Below, piece by piece: positions 39,831 through 52,949 of a stretch of 64,000 nucleotides of DNA (the first letter of the stretch is position 1; each line of letters begins with the position of its first letter). The position numbers were made by a program, and so were the translations under genes. Below the pieces are notes generated by a model that saw nothing but the letters and a program-made list of their open reading frames with translations, ran no database searches and was not told the origin of the DNA. This DNA is from Octopus vulgaris. Lineage: Eukaryota. Location: NCBI GenBank assembly GCA_951406725.2, contig OX597816.1:160394001-160458000 (forward strand), written 5' to 3'.

Positions 39831-39954
39831 TACCTATATCATCCCCACCTCACAGCCCTTACCTGATAAATTACCTCACACCACTCTTCTCACATCTATA
39901 AATTAACTCATGTCTAACTGAAAGGCAAGCAATAGCTGACCCTCATCTCTCTCT

Positions 39955-40163
39955 CTTTTATTCTTTTACTTGTTTCAGTCATTTGACTGCGGCCATGCTG
40001 GAGCACCACCTTTAATTGAGCAAATCAACCTCAGGACTTATTCTTTGTAAGCTTAGTACTTATTCTGTCGGTTTCTTTTTTTCCGAACCACTAAGTTACG
40101 GGGATGTAAACACACCAGCATTAATTGTCAATTGAGGAACAAACACAGACATACAAACATATA

Positions 40164-40194
<31 letters not shown>

Positions 40195-40305
40195 TATACT
40201 GCCAGATCAGACTGGAGCCTGGTGCAGCCTCCTGGCTTCCCAGACCCCGGTCGAACTGTCCAACCCATGCTAGCATGGAAAACGGACGTTAAACGATGAT
40301 GATGA

Positions 40306-40341
<36 letters not shown>

Positions 40342-40490
40342 GACGGGCTTCTTTCAGTTTCTGTCTACTCACAAGGCTTCAGTCGGCCCGAGGCTATAGT
40401 AGAAGACACTTGTCCAAGGTGACACACAGTGGGACTGAACCCAGAACCATGTGGGTGGTCAGCAAGCTACTTACCACACAACCACTCCTT
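39955..40490 (-). mobile_element. SINE family A with RTE tail (40199-40308, +) in its (TA)n
   Basis: Both halves are recognisable. Confidence 0.8.
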
Positions 40491-40551
40491 CATCTATCTC
40501 TTTTGTGGCATATCTTACCACCTATACATTTCCCCAAGGTGGGGCAGTATA

Positions 40552-40619
40552 TATCTATAGCTGTTTCTTCTAACCACTCTGACAACAAAGTATATATTTT
40601 AGAAACCTTATCAGTGACC
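40552..40619 (-). ncRNA. Decayed hammerhead motif (GAAAC-AGCT family)
   Basis: Minus strand: CTGATAA-ggtttctaa...ttagaa-GAAAC-agct-ATA, with two apparent G-to-A changes. Confidence 0.4.
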
Positions 40620-41156
40620 ATCACTCCTTTAAAATACAAATATAGCAGCCAGAGTCTTGATATAATTTCACCTTTGGTTTCTATTTTAATAAATGTACCT
40701 ACCCACCCTTTGTACACCACTTACGTTTGCGCACATTTTTCTATCTACAATGTATGTATTCATATCTATCATTACTCGACATTACAAAATTATATTCACA
40801 TGCCTGAACATTTACTTATCTGTGGTGTGTGTGCTCAGATGTGTGAGTGTGTACATGTGAATGTGTTTTAGGTGTGTTTGAGTTTATACGAAGTTGAGAA
40901 ATGATTTCATAATGAACCAAGGTGCATATGTACCTTCGCAAGAAGCTCTAGGCTTTTGAGTTACTCCTGTAGTAATTTCTGGTATTGAAAGGTTATTTGT
41001 GTGATTCCATTCTGTAGAAGAGCAAAAGCTTAAGACTTCAAAGACTCTGCCACTTTTACTAAGCATCAAACTAAAATACCTTGTTTGTTGTTCCGGCATC
41101 TCTCTCTGTCTTTTGTTTTGTATATTTCTTTTGGCTTTGGATTTTGTACAGTTTTG

Positions 41157-41198
<42 letters not shown>

Positions 41199-41333
41199 AT
41201 GCACACGTTTGTATGTGTGTGTGTGCATATATATATTAATATATGTATGTATGTATGTATGTATGTCTATATATGTGTACATATCTCTCTCTCACTCTCT
41301 TCATCTATCTATCTGCCTGGGTGTGTGTGTGTG

Positions 41334-41373
<40 letters not shown>

Positions 41374-41383
41374 TTTATTTAAA

Positions 41384-41467
41384 GAGTTTCACGTTCCCGT
41401 TCGTCGGACAGTTTTTGTTAACAATAACTGTCCCATGAACGGGAACGTGAAACTCCGAGTAACAGGT
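41384..41467. ncRNA. Inverted pair of hammerhead motifs forming a palindrome
   Basis: Plus: aactgt-CCCATGA-acg.ggaa.cgt-GAAAC-tccga-GTA-acaggtt. Minus: aactgt-CCGACGA-acgggaacgt-GAAACtc (truncated). Confidence 0.6.
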
Positions 41468-41563
41468 TTTGTTGAATTTCTGCTGCTTTTAAATAAAGCA
41501 TATTACTCTACCCCTGGTATTTGAGTTCTTTTCCACTTTGTTTCACATTTATGTGTTTACTCC

Positions 41564-41598
<35 letters not shown>

Positions 41599-43555
41599 CA
41601 TCATTGTTTAGCATCAGTTTCTCATGCTGGCTCAAGGTGAATGGTTTCACAGGAACTAGTAAAGCCAGGGGCCCACACCAAGCTCTAATTGTCTGTCCTG
41701 GCATGGTTTCTATGATTGGATGCCCTTCGTAACACCAACCACCTTTACAGAGCATCCTGGGTGCTTTTTATGTGGCACCAGCACCAGTGTTTTATTTTAT
41801 GAGGAAGCAGCACCCACACCAGCATGTTTATATATGGCAGCGCTTCTGGCTTGCCAGCTCCTATCAAACTGTCCAACCCATACCAGCATGGAAAATGGAC
41901 ATTAAATGATGATAATGATGATGATGATAACACTCACATACACACACACACACACACACACACATATGCACCTATACATACTGTTCATATATTTTTACAA
42001 ACACACAAAAGCACAGACATACATATATTTATACATATACAACACACACACACATATATATACATACGTGCATACATACTTGTATATATATATATATATC
42101 TATATATAGATGCATATGTTTACATTACAAATATATACGCGTGGATATTTGTGTGTTATCAGTGAAAGAATGTGTGTTTATTTAATTATATAACAAGCTC
42201 ATTCATGAAAGTACATGCACTCATAGATGTACACACTTAAATACATACAGATAAGAATATGTGTGAGGGACCCTACCCACTCTCACACACACACACACAC
42301 ACCCATTCTTGCACACTCTTGCACACATTCACACACACAGATACTCTCATGCATGCACACACACACACTCACAGACACTCACATGCACACACACACACTC
42401 TCATGCACACACACACACATCATCTGCCATAAAACATCAAGAACACCAAAATATTTAAGGCAGCCTGCTGCTCCTTGCAAAAAGCAAGATACAATAGTGC
42501 CTATGGGGTGGTGGGGATGAGGGCCTGCGCAAGGCCCACCCAGCTGGATACATCAAAGGTATCAATAGCACGGATGGTATGAATGCATTCATACCTTTTT
42601 TTTTTTAAAAGTGCATGACTGTTGCTGCTGAGGTATTTACTTTCAAATCTTCCATCAGATGCAAACAGGACCCAAATACATGCTGTAAAACCACAGGGTG
42701 TGAGGGACCCCTAGCTGTTGTCACAGCATCCTTCTAGGAGTGGGGCACTCTGATGTAAAAGCTACAGTTTCACATGATTGTTGGTCATCTTGCTTTGACC
42801 TGTCACTAGGTACTAATTATAGAGATTGAGAGTAGTTCTCGTGTTGTACAAGTGTCCATCACCATAATCCAATGATGTACTGGTTTCTTTTTATGGTGGC
42901 CTCATTTGTGATTCCATTTACTGAAACTCCTATGGTGCTGGAAGAATTGGAACATGTACAGACTTAACCAGTTGGAAGCACACCATAAATTACGATTTTT
43001 GTTTGTCACCTATGCTTCAAACCATGCAGATTTGCAATGGGACTGAATAGTCAGCTGAGAGGTCATGGACAGAAAGTCAGAAATGTACAAGGAAGCACAC
43101 AGAGATGGCAATCACCTGTGAATATGGAACAATCATTGTGTATGTGTGTGTGTGTGCATATGTGTGTGTTGTATTACAATGGCCTCTGCTCCTCTGAACT
43201 GGTTAACTCTTAATATCTCCACCAAAGCTCACTTGATACTACTTCTCCTCTCCTTCTTACTCTGTCACACCTCCCAGATTCTAGTCCTTTTCCCTTGGAG
43301 ATACAACCCACTAATATTTCCCCCTCCCCTTCATCTATGTTCTTTATCTGCAGACATTAACAGCCTTTAACATTATTCGCCAATACTATTATCAAAGATA
43401 TTCTGCAACACCTTGAATCTTTCCCTTTTCTCGGTTGCCATTAATATGGCTGTCACAGAATCAGATCCACTGGAAACCAACTGTCTTACGGTATTCACTC
43501 GTAGGTCCTTGCTTTTGAGAAGTCCAGTGGAAGAAATGTTGTTGCCTTAGATATC

Positions 43556-43788
43556 TGTTTCTTTACTACCCACAAGGGGCAAAACACAGAGGGGACAAAC
43601 AAGGACAGACAAACGGATTAAGTCGATTATATTGACCCCAGTGTGTAACTGGTACTTAATTTATCGACCCCGAAAGGATGAAAGGCAAAGTCGACCTCGG
43701 CAGAATTTGAACTCAGAACGTAACAGCAGCCGAAATACCGCTAGGCATTCCGGCCGGCGTGCTAACGATTCTGCCAGCTTGCCGCCTT
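43556..43788 (-). mobile_element. SINE family B, full length with TSD
   Basis: Flanked by a direct repeat (GCC)TTAGATATC. tRNA-like head GGCGGCAAGCTGGCAGAATCGTTAGC...GAGTTCAAATTC. Confidence 0.88.
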
Positions 43789-44182
43789 AGATATCAGTAA
43801 AGCTTTCGACTATGTCTGACATGTAAATCTGCTATCAAGACTTCCCACGAATGGACTGCACCCATCTCTTATTTCTTTGATTGTAGCTTCCTCTAAGACC
43901 ACACCATTGCTGCATCAATGGAGCTCTTTCTCTCCTCTACAATAAATGCCAGTATGACTAGCCCTCTTTTTCCTTCTCTATGTCAATGACCCATCTAACA
44001 TCACCCACTCTTTTATGCTGATGACTCAACCTTCGTTTCTTCCTAACCTTCCCTAACCATGTGCAACTTGGCACAGGGTAAACTTGTATTGATCCCATAA
44101 ATGTAATCTTTGAGTGCATCCTACTGTGAGGCCGTGCCAGTCTTTTACCAGTAAAAGCTTTTATTTATATGGAGCAGAATGA

Positions 44183-44661
44183 TGTTATAATGGAAGGAAG
44201 GTTTACGATATCAGGAGAATTCCGCCTTCTCCCATTATATCTTGTTCTTCATGTAGTTCGGGCCCCAGCAGGCGAAGAAAGAAGTCTTTAAGCACAAATG
44301 CAATTTACAATCAGTTTATTTACAAGTTTCACAGAACAGGTGAAGTGTGTTGCTCTCAGCAACCGTCTCAAGCTGTGTGCATGGTGTTGTATCTCCATTA
44401 GTGTGGGCACATTGCCTCTGGAGGTACAACATGCAGACAGGCCCAGCCAGTGAAGTGTGCTCAGCAAGCGCTGCTGCAAAGAAGTGGAAAGAGAGGAATT
44501 ACCCTAGGCGTACGCTACAGTGTAAAGAATTTATTGTTGATTCTTCTGTGGGTCATACAGGAACAATATTAGCAGGATTGATGAGTGGGCGATGGGGTAT
44601 TGTAGGGTGAGAAAAGAAATAGGGGTTGAGCAAAAAACCTGAAGTCCTATTCATATCAACA
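44183..44661 (-). mobile_element. Candidate solo LTR inserted in the old LINE
   Basis: TGTT...AACA termini with imperfect short TIR and AATAAA on minus near 44315. LINE sequence resumes on both sides; the TSD is degenerate. Confidence 0.4.
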
Positions 44662-46682
44662 AAATGCCATTGTGTTCCTCTGCCAAACATAAGCTGCATT
44701 CAACTGGAGCCCTCTCAGTCATTTCAAGTACTGAACCTTACTATTTCTGAGGATTTTTCTGGTAAACACACATCTTTAACACAACCAGAGTAATATCTTA
44801 AAAATTGTAACTTTTCTTTTGGACCGGAAAATATTTCAGCCCTTAACTGTTTCTAGCACTCTACAAAACTCAAGTGAGACCCACAAGGGAATATTGATCT
44901 TATATTGAGGACAGTGCTGCTGCTGCTACACAGACATTTTTTACTGTATTCATAAAAGGGCCACTTGGCTGACTTGAATTCAGTTATTCTCAGACACACT
45001 CTTACCTCTACTCTACACTCACACTACTTTCTCTTCATCTTTTCTGTTGCTACTGTAATGGTCTCTGTTCCTTGAAACTGGCTGGTCTTGTACCTCCTTA
45101 CCACCCACTCTTATCTCCACCTTTTGTCATGCCAGTCCTTCCTCCTCAGAACATGATCATCTGGATGCCGACGACTGCTCGGTTCAAAGCCTCCCTTGAC
45201 CACAAGTGGCCTGAACCCTTTACATGAACACCACCCTGTACATAACTCCATGTCCCCCTACATGGCCTTGCTTTTTGCTTTTTGAGCCAAAAAATTAACT
45301 AACTAACTAACTAAATACCTCCCACCACTTTGTCTTTACTGCAAATGTTGACTTACAGCAGTTCAAACAGAACATTAACAGTTATGAGTTCACTGGTCTT
45401 GATGGGCCTACAAAGGACAAAGGCAATGCCTGTTTCTTCAGTTTTAGCAGGTGTAAAAAAACGAAAGAAATAAAAACAAAAACCTATGGGTGTTTAAACA
45501 AAATAAACCTCTTCCATATCCAAGTCTGGGAGGACCTCTAAAGGTTAACAGTACTCTCCCTTATTTCTCTATTGTATAAAAATTTTTTATTACAAACATC
45601 CTAGATTATGCTGAGTTAGAAAACATCTGCTTGGTTTATAAATTTTTCTTTATTGAAAATTTTCGGTCCCTTAGCACACGCTCATGTTCTGTCGGCCCTT
45701 TTTTGCTATTGTTTATTGCTGTTATAGCAGACTTCTTTCAGAACATTCTAGATATTGCACCCCCTTTCTATTTGGATAAAAATTAAACATGTGCAGTGCT
45801 TGCTAGACTGATGTGTCAACCTGTACCCCGTTTTCTTCCATTAACTCAAGTTGCAAGTGTAAAACATGTGAGAGAATGTTTGCATAGTTAAATGGCTTGC
45901 AAGAAAGAGTAGAGAAAATCTCCATGAAGCCACACCCTGATATTCAACTCTTTTGTTATTTACACTGCTTTTGTTGACTTACACTGCTTTTCCTTATTGT
46001 CATCATCATTTAATATTTATTTTCCATTCTAGCATAGGTTGGATGGTTTGCAAGAGCTGACAAGCCAGAGAGCTGCACCTAGCTCCAATTGTCTGTTCTG
46101 GCATGGTTTCTATAGCTGGATGCCCTTCCTAATGTCAGCCACTTTACAAAGTGTACTGGGGGCTTTGTACATGGTACCAACATGAGTGCTTTATATGTGG
46201 CTCTGGCACAGGTGCGTTTTATGTATCACCAGCACAGGCACTTTATACATGGCACCAGCACAGGTGCTTTTTATGTGGCACCATATCTATGGCAACATGT
46301 CTATGGAGAAACCTTCTTTCAAACAAAAACTGCAGCATCATGCTTTGCAGTAGTGTTTATAAACTGGCACTCCATCGGTTATGACAACAGGGGTTCCAGA
46401 TAATCCAATCAATGGAACAGCCTGCTCATGAAATTAACATGCAAGTGGCTGAGCACTCCACAGGCATTCATTCCCTTAATGTCGTTCTTAGGGAGATTCA
46501 GTGTGACTCAGAATGTGACAAAGCTGGCTTCTTTCATATTACAAGTACAACTAATTTTTGCCAGCTGAGTAGACTGCAGGAATGTGAAATAAAGTATCTT
46601 GCTTAAGGAGACAACATACTGCCAGGAATCAAACTCAATACCTTACAATCATGAGCCAAGTATCCTAACCACTAAACCAGTA

Positions 46683-46857
46683 CATTGTAGTAAAGATTGT
46701 TTGTCAACATAACATGGCAGTCCCTTGTTTAAAAATATAAGGACACAGATGTATTGTATAGCCAGCTGGAAACAATGTCTCCTGGGGCTAAATGACAGCA
46801 ACATCTGTCCTAAACCAGGACTGCCATGTTATGTTGGCAAACAATCTTTACTACATG
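46683..46857. mobile_element. Tc1/mariner-like MITE (~40-bp TIR)
   Basis: TGTAGTAAAGATTGTTTGTCAACATAACATGGCAGTCC inverted at 46818-46855; TA-CA...TG-TA ends. Confidence 0.7.
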
Positions 46858-47661
46858 TAATTGATTTACCCACTCACCCGAAATTGCATTGTGCTACGAT
46901 TTGAAACCATTGTGCTATTAATAATATTTAGTAAATAAATAAGAGATTCAAAATATGCAATAAAAGTAGTTCTATAACTTAGATATTATCAAAACCTCAT
47001 GCTTAACATATGTGTATTGTTTAAATGCCAGAAGCTGCAGTTTTTTGACTGGGAATCATCCCTTTAAAGATGTATTGTAAGGTGAAATAAATTTGTCTGA
47101 AAAGTAACAACTAGAATTACATACACAGAATTTCTCCATAATTGCAGCTTATTGCTGTCACACATTTATTCATATACTATTTAAAATTAGCAGGGTTTGA
47201 ATTTGTCTTTCTTTTGTTAAAATAAATACCAGTGGTGTATTGAGGTAAATTGGTTGCTATCTGTTGTCTTCTTCAACAATTTGGTCTTGTGCCTGAGTAA
47301 AAATATCAATAGAGTCCATATTAAGAAAACACCAATTCATATTCCATTTCCTTGACTAAGATATTTAATTCCAAGCTGTTCATTCATCAAACTGCTGATA
47401 GGAACCATAATGGTTGGCACACAAGTGGGAGTACCACACCACTTCCTTTTATTGACACTTAACATAATATTAACAATATAGTTTCCAACTAGCAATAACC
47501 ATGCCTCGGATAACCCTCATTGGCTATGGTACCGCCTCTGTGCTGAGTCCAAATTTTCCTTTTGATATTGCACAAAATAATAGGAAATCATTTCAACTTT
47601 TTTTTTTATAAGTTAGTATAAAATAAGGAAGTATGATACCCAAGATCTCTGTAGATCTTTT

Positions 47662-47961
47662 GGTTAATATAGGGCGTGACAAATATCAGAAAATCAAAAA
47701 AAAAATGTGTGTAATAGGTGTAAAACAACTTCCTATGAACGAATATGAAAAAAAAAATTCGCGCACTTGAACGGGGGGTGGGGGAGAGGCCTCGGAAAAT
47801 TCACATCGGGAAGTTCCGAAAGCGTCTGAGGGGCTGACCCGGGCACCAATACAAAAAAAAAAATAGTGTAATATGTGTAAAACAACTTGCTCTAAACGAA
47901 TATACCTATTACACACATTTTTTTTTTGATTTTCTGATATTTGTCACGCCCTATATTAACC
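47662..47961. mobile_element. MITE with ~58-bp near-perfect TIRs and 8-bp TSD (Merlin-like)
   Basis: GGTTAATATAGGGCGTGACAAATATCAGAAAATC... inverted at both ends; TSD GATCTTTT. Confidence 0.85.
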
Positions 47962-48659
47962 GATCTTTTTTGTTAAGTTATCCTGAAATATGTAGGACCA
48001 CCAAGGGTTTATAATATTTCTGTGACACATTCAGTAGAAAGGCATCTTCTGTATGTGCTGGTATTTAAGACATGCTCTGGCATAAGAAACACTCCTATTT
48101 TACATGTAGATTAAAAGAAAAAAAGAAGTAATGCGTTCCCTCATATACTTATTGAAAGATGTTTTAAAGTGGTTTTGTAGGGGAGAATGTATGATTCAGT
48201 GTATTTAAATACAACTCTATGACAGCATACTGGAATAAAGTATGAAATCATAAACTTATCATAAATAAATTATGGTGTATAAATATGATATTACAGTTTT
48301 ATCTTCTTTTAGATGAACTGTGTAGTTGTTCATATTTTGGGCAAAAGAATTGCCATATGAGATGTAAAACTCCTGTTTCAGGCTGTGATGTTTTGTGTTA
48401 CCACAATCAACCACCTGGGTCACACACCATTGCTATGGTTTTGTTATCATCCACTTGATGCAAATAGCTGAGAAGCAGATGAAAGTTTAACATTCCTGTC
48501 GCTCTTCTGAGAGAATTTACATTCAGATAATTAAAAGTAGTTCTTAAAGGTAATGCAGTCATTAATTAATATAAGACATATCTGGAGAAGGAGGGTATAA
48601 TGAGATGATGTGACCTCTTGACGTAACTGCTGATATTTGTGATAATTTAACTTATTTTC

Positions 48660-49148
48660 AATATTTTACCCAGCAACTAAAGTGAGAAAACAGCCATGGC
48701 CAATGCCAGTGTTGCATGTCCAGCTCATTTAAGAGTACCCTTGATGCATCTGGTGATATGATATGCTTGAGAAGACTTGTTGAGTCAAGTAAAACCAAAA
48801 TCATAGCTGTGGCCAGTGTCTTCTGACTGGCTCCCGTGCTGGTGGCATGTAAAAAGCACCATCCAAACATGGCCTATGCCAGTACCTCCTGACTGACTTC
48901 CATCTCGTAAAAAATACTATCTGAATGTGATTGATGACAGGGTCACCTGACTGGCTCCTGTGCTAGTGGCACATAAAAAGCACCCACTACACTCTCATAG
49001 TGGTTGGCGTTAGGAAGGGCATCCAGCTGTAGAAACATTGCCAGATCAGATTGGAGCTTGGTGCAGCTGCTGGCTCTCCAGACCTCAGTCAAACCACCCA
49101 ACCAATGCCAGCATGGAAAATGAACGTTAAACGACGATGATGATGATG
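48660..49148 (+). mobile_element. RTE 3' end fragment
   Basis: Tandem units plus the canonical tail and (GAT)n. Confidence 0.75.
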
Positions 49149-49754
49149 AATTATTGTACTTTGAGGCTCCATAGCCTTCGACATTTTGGTCTCCCATCCA
49201 TAATATGGCCATATTAGATACAGGGCAATTTTTGGATATATTTGAAAATAGAGAATACATGTCTTATACACTGGCAAGTACAGTAAATATTTCATTGTAT
49301 AATTGCTGCTTTGCTGTATGTGTTGTGGTATGTTTGAGCAAATGTTGTGTGTTTGAACAAACAGTAAAGTGCAGTGCCAGGTATTTCATGTTACTAGATC
49401 TAGTTCATTGTATTTTGTATATGAGTTCAAATCTCTTCAAATTTGACTTTTATTTTTTTAATCCTCCTGGGGCCAATGAACTTACCACCTACCAGTTCTA
49501 AACCTGAAATCGAACTGACCAACTCTCAAAACAAATAACAATTAGCCTTCTACCTAATCACTAGAAATCAATATTTTTGTTATGTTTTATATATGTTTGT
49601 TATTATTATTTATCTTTTGTATTGTTTCTATCATGATACTAATTAGCTATATTTGTTTCCTTTGTTACACTAATTAGATGTATGTCCTTACTTGAGGACT
49701 GACTCATCCCCTTGTGTCCTAATCCGAAATTTCTCTCTTTTTCAGTGGTCAGTA

Positions 49755-49858
49755 ATGGAAGAGCAGGTGTATGCTTATGTTTTGTTCTTCTTTGGATTAA
49801 TTGGTTTAATAATCTATTTCTTCACTGCCTTTGCCCTGATGGTGTCCTTGTTCAGTGG
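49755..49858 (+). CDS. UGCG: Ceramide glucosyltransferase, first coding exon (N-terminal TM helix)
   Basis: ATG at 49755 gives MEEQVYAYVLFFFGLIGLIIYFFTAFALMVSLFS-G, a hydrophobic TM segment. It ends GG|gtaagt (phase 2), which joins in frame to the 52261 exon. A polypyrimidine acceptor (ttctctctttttcag) ends at 49745, implying an upstream exon. Missed by the ORF track. Confidence 0.85.
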
Positions 49859-50106
49859 GTAAGTTGGTGTCTTTTCTGAAACATTTCTTTACTGTTTTCT
49901 AATCAATTCCAAAGCAAACCTAAACTGTCCAATCATTGAATGGATGGCCTGACAGAACTAAATAATTGGCTGTCATTTGATATACATGGTGTCTGTAAAT
50001 TATCCTTACTATTTGAAAAATTCAGAGAGATAAAATAAAGATAACTTCGCAGAATTTATTGGAAAATGTAGGCAAACAAATAAAGTTTCATTAGAAACAT
50101 CAGGTG

Positions 50107-50690
50107 CTCCCTGACTGGCTTCTATGCCAGTGGTACATAAAAAGCATTATCTGAATGTGGCTGATACCAGTACCTCCTGACTGGCTCTTGTGCCGGTGGC
50201 ATGTAAAAAGTACCATCTAAATGTGACCGATGCCAGTACCCCCTGGCTGGCTCCTGTGCCAGTGGCACATAAAAAGCACCATCCGAATGTGGCCGATGCT
50301 AGTATCCCCTGACTGGCTCTTGTGCCAGTGGCACATAAAAAGCACCATCTGAATGTGGCCAATGCCAATATCTCCTGACTGGCTCTCATTCCAGTGGCAC
50401 GTAAAAAGCACCATCCGAATGTGGTCAATGCTAGTACCCAATGACTGACTCTCATACTAGTGGGTGTAAAAAGCAGCATCCAAACATGGCTGATGCCAGG
50501 CCTGCCTGACTGGCTCCTGTGCTGGTGGCACATAAAATGCACCCACTACAATCTTGGATTGGTTGGCTTTAGGAAGGGTATCCAGCTGTAGAAACCTTGT
50601 GAGATCATATTGGAGCCTGGTGCAGCCGCTGGCTCTCCAGACTTCAGTCAAACTGTCCAACCCATGCCAGCATGGAAAATGGATGTAAAA
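50107..50690 (+). mobile_element. RTE 3' UTR fragment with 7 tandem 66-bp units (UGCG intron)
   Basis: Units start at 50111, 50177, 50243, 50309, 50375, 50441 and 50506, then the canonical tail. Confidence 0.85.
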
Positions 50691-50814
50691 GGAGGGAGAG
50701 GAGAACACATTCATCTGGGCTCCATTGATTGCATGTGACCTGCTGAGTTATCCTTTTTTTTTCTTAATTTTTCAAATTGTAATTGTAATTTATAGATGAC
50801 CTGTGTGTGTGTGG

Positions 50815-51200
50815 GTTCTTTATTTGTTTTGGTCAATGGACTGTGGCCATGTTGGGGCACTGCCATGAAGGGTTTAATTGAACAAATCAACTCCAGTACT
50901 TATTTTTTTAAAGTCTTGTATATATTTTATCAGTCTCTTATGCTGAACCAGTTGGTTGCAGGAATATAAACAAACCAACACCAGCTGTCAAGTAGTGGGT
51001 GTGTGGTAACAATCACACACGCACACACACATACATTTTTCAGGTTTCCACTCAGGTTTTGTCTACAAAGTTTACTCACAAGGTATTGGTTGACCCAGGG
51101 TTAAAGCAGAAGACACTAGCACAAGGTACCATGCAGTGGGACTGAACCTGAAACCTTGTGGTTTCAAAGGAAGCTTCTAAACCATACAGCTATGCCTGCA
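50815..51200 (-). mobile_element. SINE family A (older copy)
   Basis: Head and tail are recognisable. Confidence 0.7.
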
Positions 51201-51238
51201 GCAGCTTAAACTTTAGTTTCAATTTGCCCCTACGTTAA

Positions 51239-51912
51239 CCCTTTAGGTACCAACCTACCTGGAACTGACCCTGATTCTATGATAAAAACTTCTCGTTTTA
51301 AAGTGATCTAAATCAGTGGTTCCCAAAGTGGGTGGTACCCCACTGGGGGCAGTGGAAAGATCCAGTGGGGTGTTGAAGAGAAATGGGGTGATAATGGGGT
51401 AACCAAAACGGGGCAATGGATGTAAAAAAAAAGACAAAACAAAATAAAAGGTTCGTTAAGTTTTATTTGTGAAATTCTGTTGTTTTGAATTTGCTGCAGA
51501 AAATGGTCTATCACTGTGATGGTGAGTGTGGGCGTAGGGCACATAGGAATGTGGCCTTAGAACCAAAGGGGCGGCACCCTGAAAAAGTCTGGGAACCACT
51601 GATCTAAATTAAAATTTTTTCTCAAAATTTTATGTTAATTTATGTTACAAACACCAGCATAATAATGACTCTTATTTTATTAAATTCATCGTTATTTTAA
51701 AAATTAACTGAAACAAAGGCAGTGCATTTCCACAGAAATATGGTAACAAAAGGGTTAAAGTGATCTAAATTAAAACTTTCCATCAAAAATTTATGTTAAT
51801 TTATGTCATAAGTACTGGCATAATAAAGACTGTTAGATACCTCTTTATTTTAAAAATTAATTACAAAAAAAAAATGGCTGTGTATTTCAATAAAAATATC
51901 CTAACAAAAGGG
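51239..51912 (-). mobile_element. piggyBac-type MITE (interrupted by hAT MITE) plus partial second copy
   Basis: TTAA-CCCTTT at 51235; AAAGGG-TTAA ends at 51754 and 51912. Confidence 0.75.
51314..51601. mobile_element. hAT (Charlie/Buster-type) MITE
   Basis: TIR CAGTGGTTCCCA / TGGGAACCACTG; perfect 8-bp TSD ATCTAAAT with central TA. Confidence 0.9.
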
Positions 51913-52260
51913 TTAAGAAATGGTGGTGTTGAGTGGAGAAGCTCATTTTAAGCTCATTGCCTATAAATCTGTACTGGCTCAAGGTAATGGCAACTTTGAT
52001 AAACATCAAAGGTTACTGCAATGCTGGAGTATACACTGTTGTTTGTTTGGAATTAAAATATGATAGAAATTTCCTGGGAAGGTGATTATAATCAATATCA
52101 AGCAACAACCTGGTTCAGGCATTTAAGAAAAATTTTAAATCTTCTGTAGATGGTTTTAGGTTTTTCAGTTTATTTTATGTATTGGTTTAAATACCATTGA
52201 TGAGGTATTGATTTTGGATCGTTATAATGTCTCGTTTACATCCCTTTCTTTCTATGTCAG

Positions 52261-52402
52261 CCGCCTTTGTTTATACCAACAAACAAACCCACTGTTAGAG
52301 CATGACGAACTGCCTGGAGTATCTGTGATTAAACCATTGATGGGAGTTGATCCGCTTCTGGAGGAGAACATAGAGAGTCACTTCAAAATATGTTACCCAC
52401 AG
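52261..52402 (+). CDS. UGCG: Ceramide glucosyltransferase, second coding exon
   Basis: Acceptor tttctttctatgtcag|, donor CAG|gtaggt. The 142 nt encode RLCLYQQTNPLLEHDELPGVSVIKPLMGVDPLLEENIESHFKICYPQ, matching the UGCG motif LPGVS-I/L-KPL-GVDP-L--N-E--F---YP. Later exons were not found in the window. Confidence 0.92.
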
Positions 52403-52949
52403 GTAGGTAGAATTACTTTCATTTGCTTTTGGGACATTTCCAATCTCAAACATTGCCAACATAAGGATGTACACATATGCATGTGTGTGTATGTGTGTGT
52501 GTGTGTGTGTGTGAGTGTGTATGTGATCATCATCATCATCATCATTTAATGTCTTGTTTTCCATGCTCCCATGGGTCAGACAATTTGTTGAGGCAGATTT
52601 ACTATGGCTGGATGCTTTTTCTGTCACCAACCCTTACCTGTTTCCAAGATAAGGATGGACACATATGCATACATGCACACACACATATACATGTGTGTGT
52701 GTATGGTGTGTATCATCATCATCATCATCATATGTCTTCTTTTCCATGCTCCCATGGGTTGGACAGAATTTGTTGAGGCAGATTTTCTATGGCTGGATGT
52801 CCTTCCTATTGCCAGTCTTCACTTGTTTCCAGGTAATGTAATATGTCCCATGGCCAAGACATGTTTTCCACAGAAGACTGGAAACAAACAACATTGCTTG
52901 TATGATGGTGATGTCAAGACATGAATACACATTTACACACACAGGCATA

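Larger units (their letters stand above)
43375..45250 (+). mobile_element. Old CR1/Jockey-group LINE reverse transcriptase remnant, interrupted twice
   Basis: Decayed RT motifs VALDI|SKAFD (split by the SINE at 43556-43788), YADDST near 44015, and LYKTQVRPT near 44860. Confidence 0.7.

Noticed and set aside
50111-50545. CRISPR-like regular array
   Set aside because: Whole 66-bp units are homologous with no unique spacers, there are no cas genes, and the array runs into an RTE tail.
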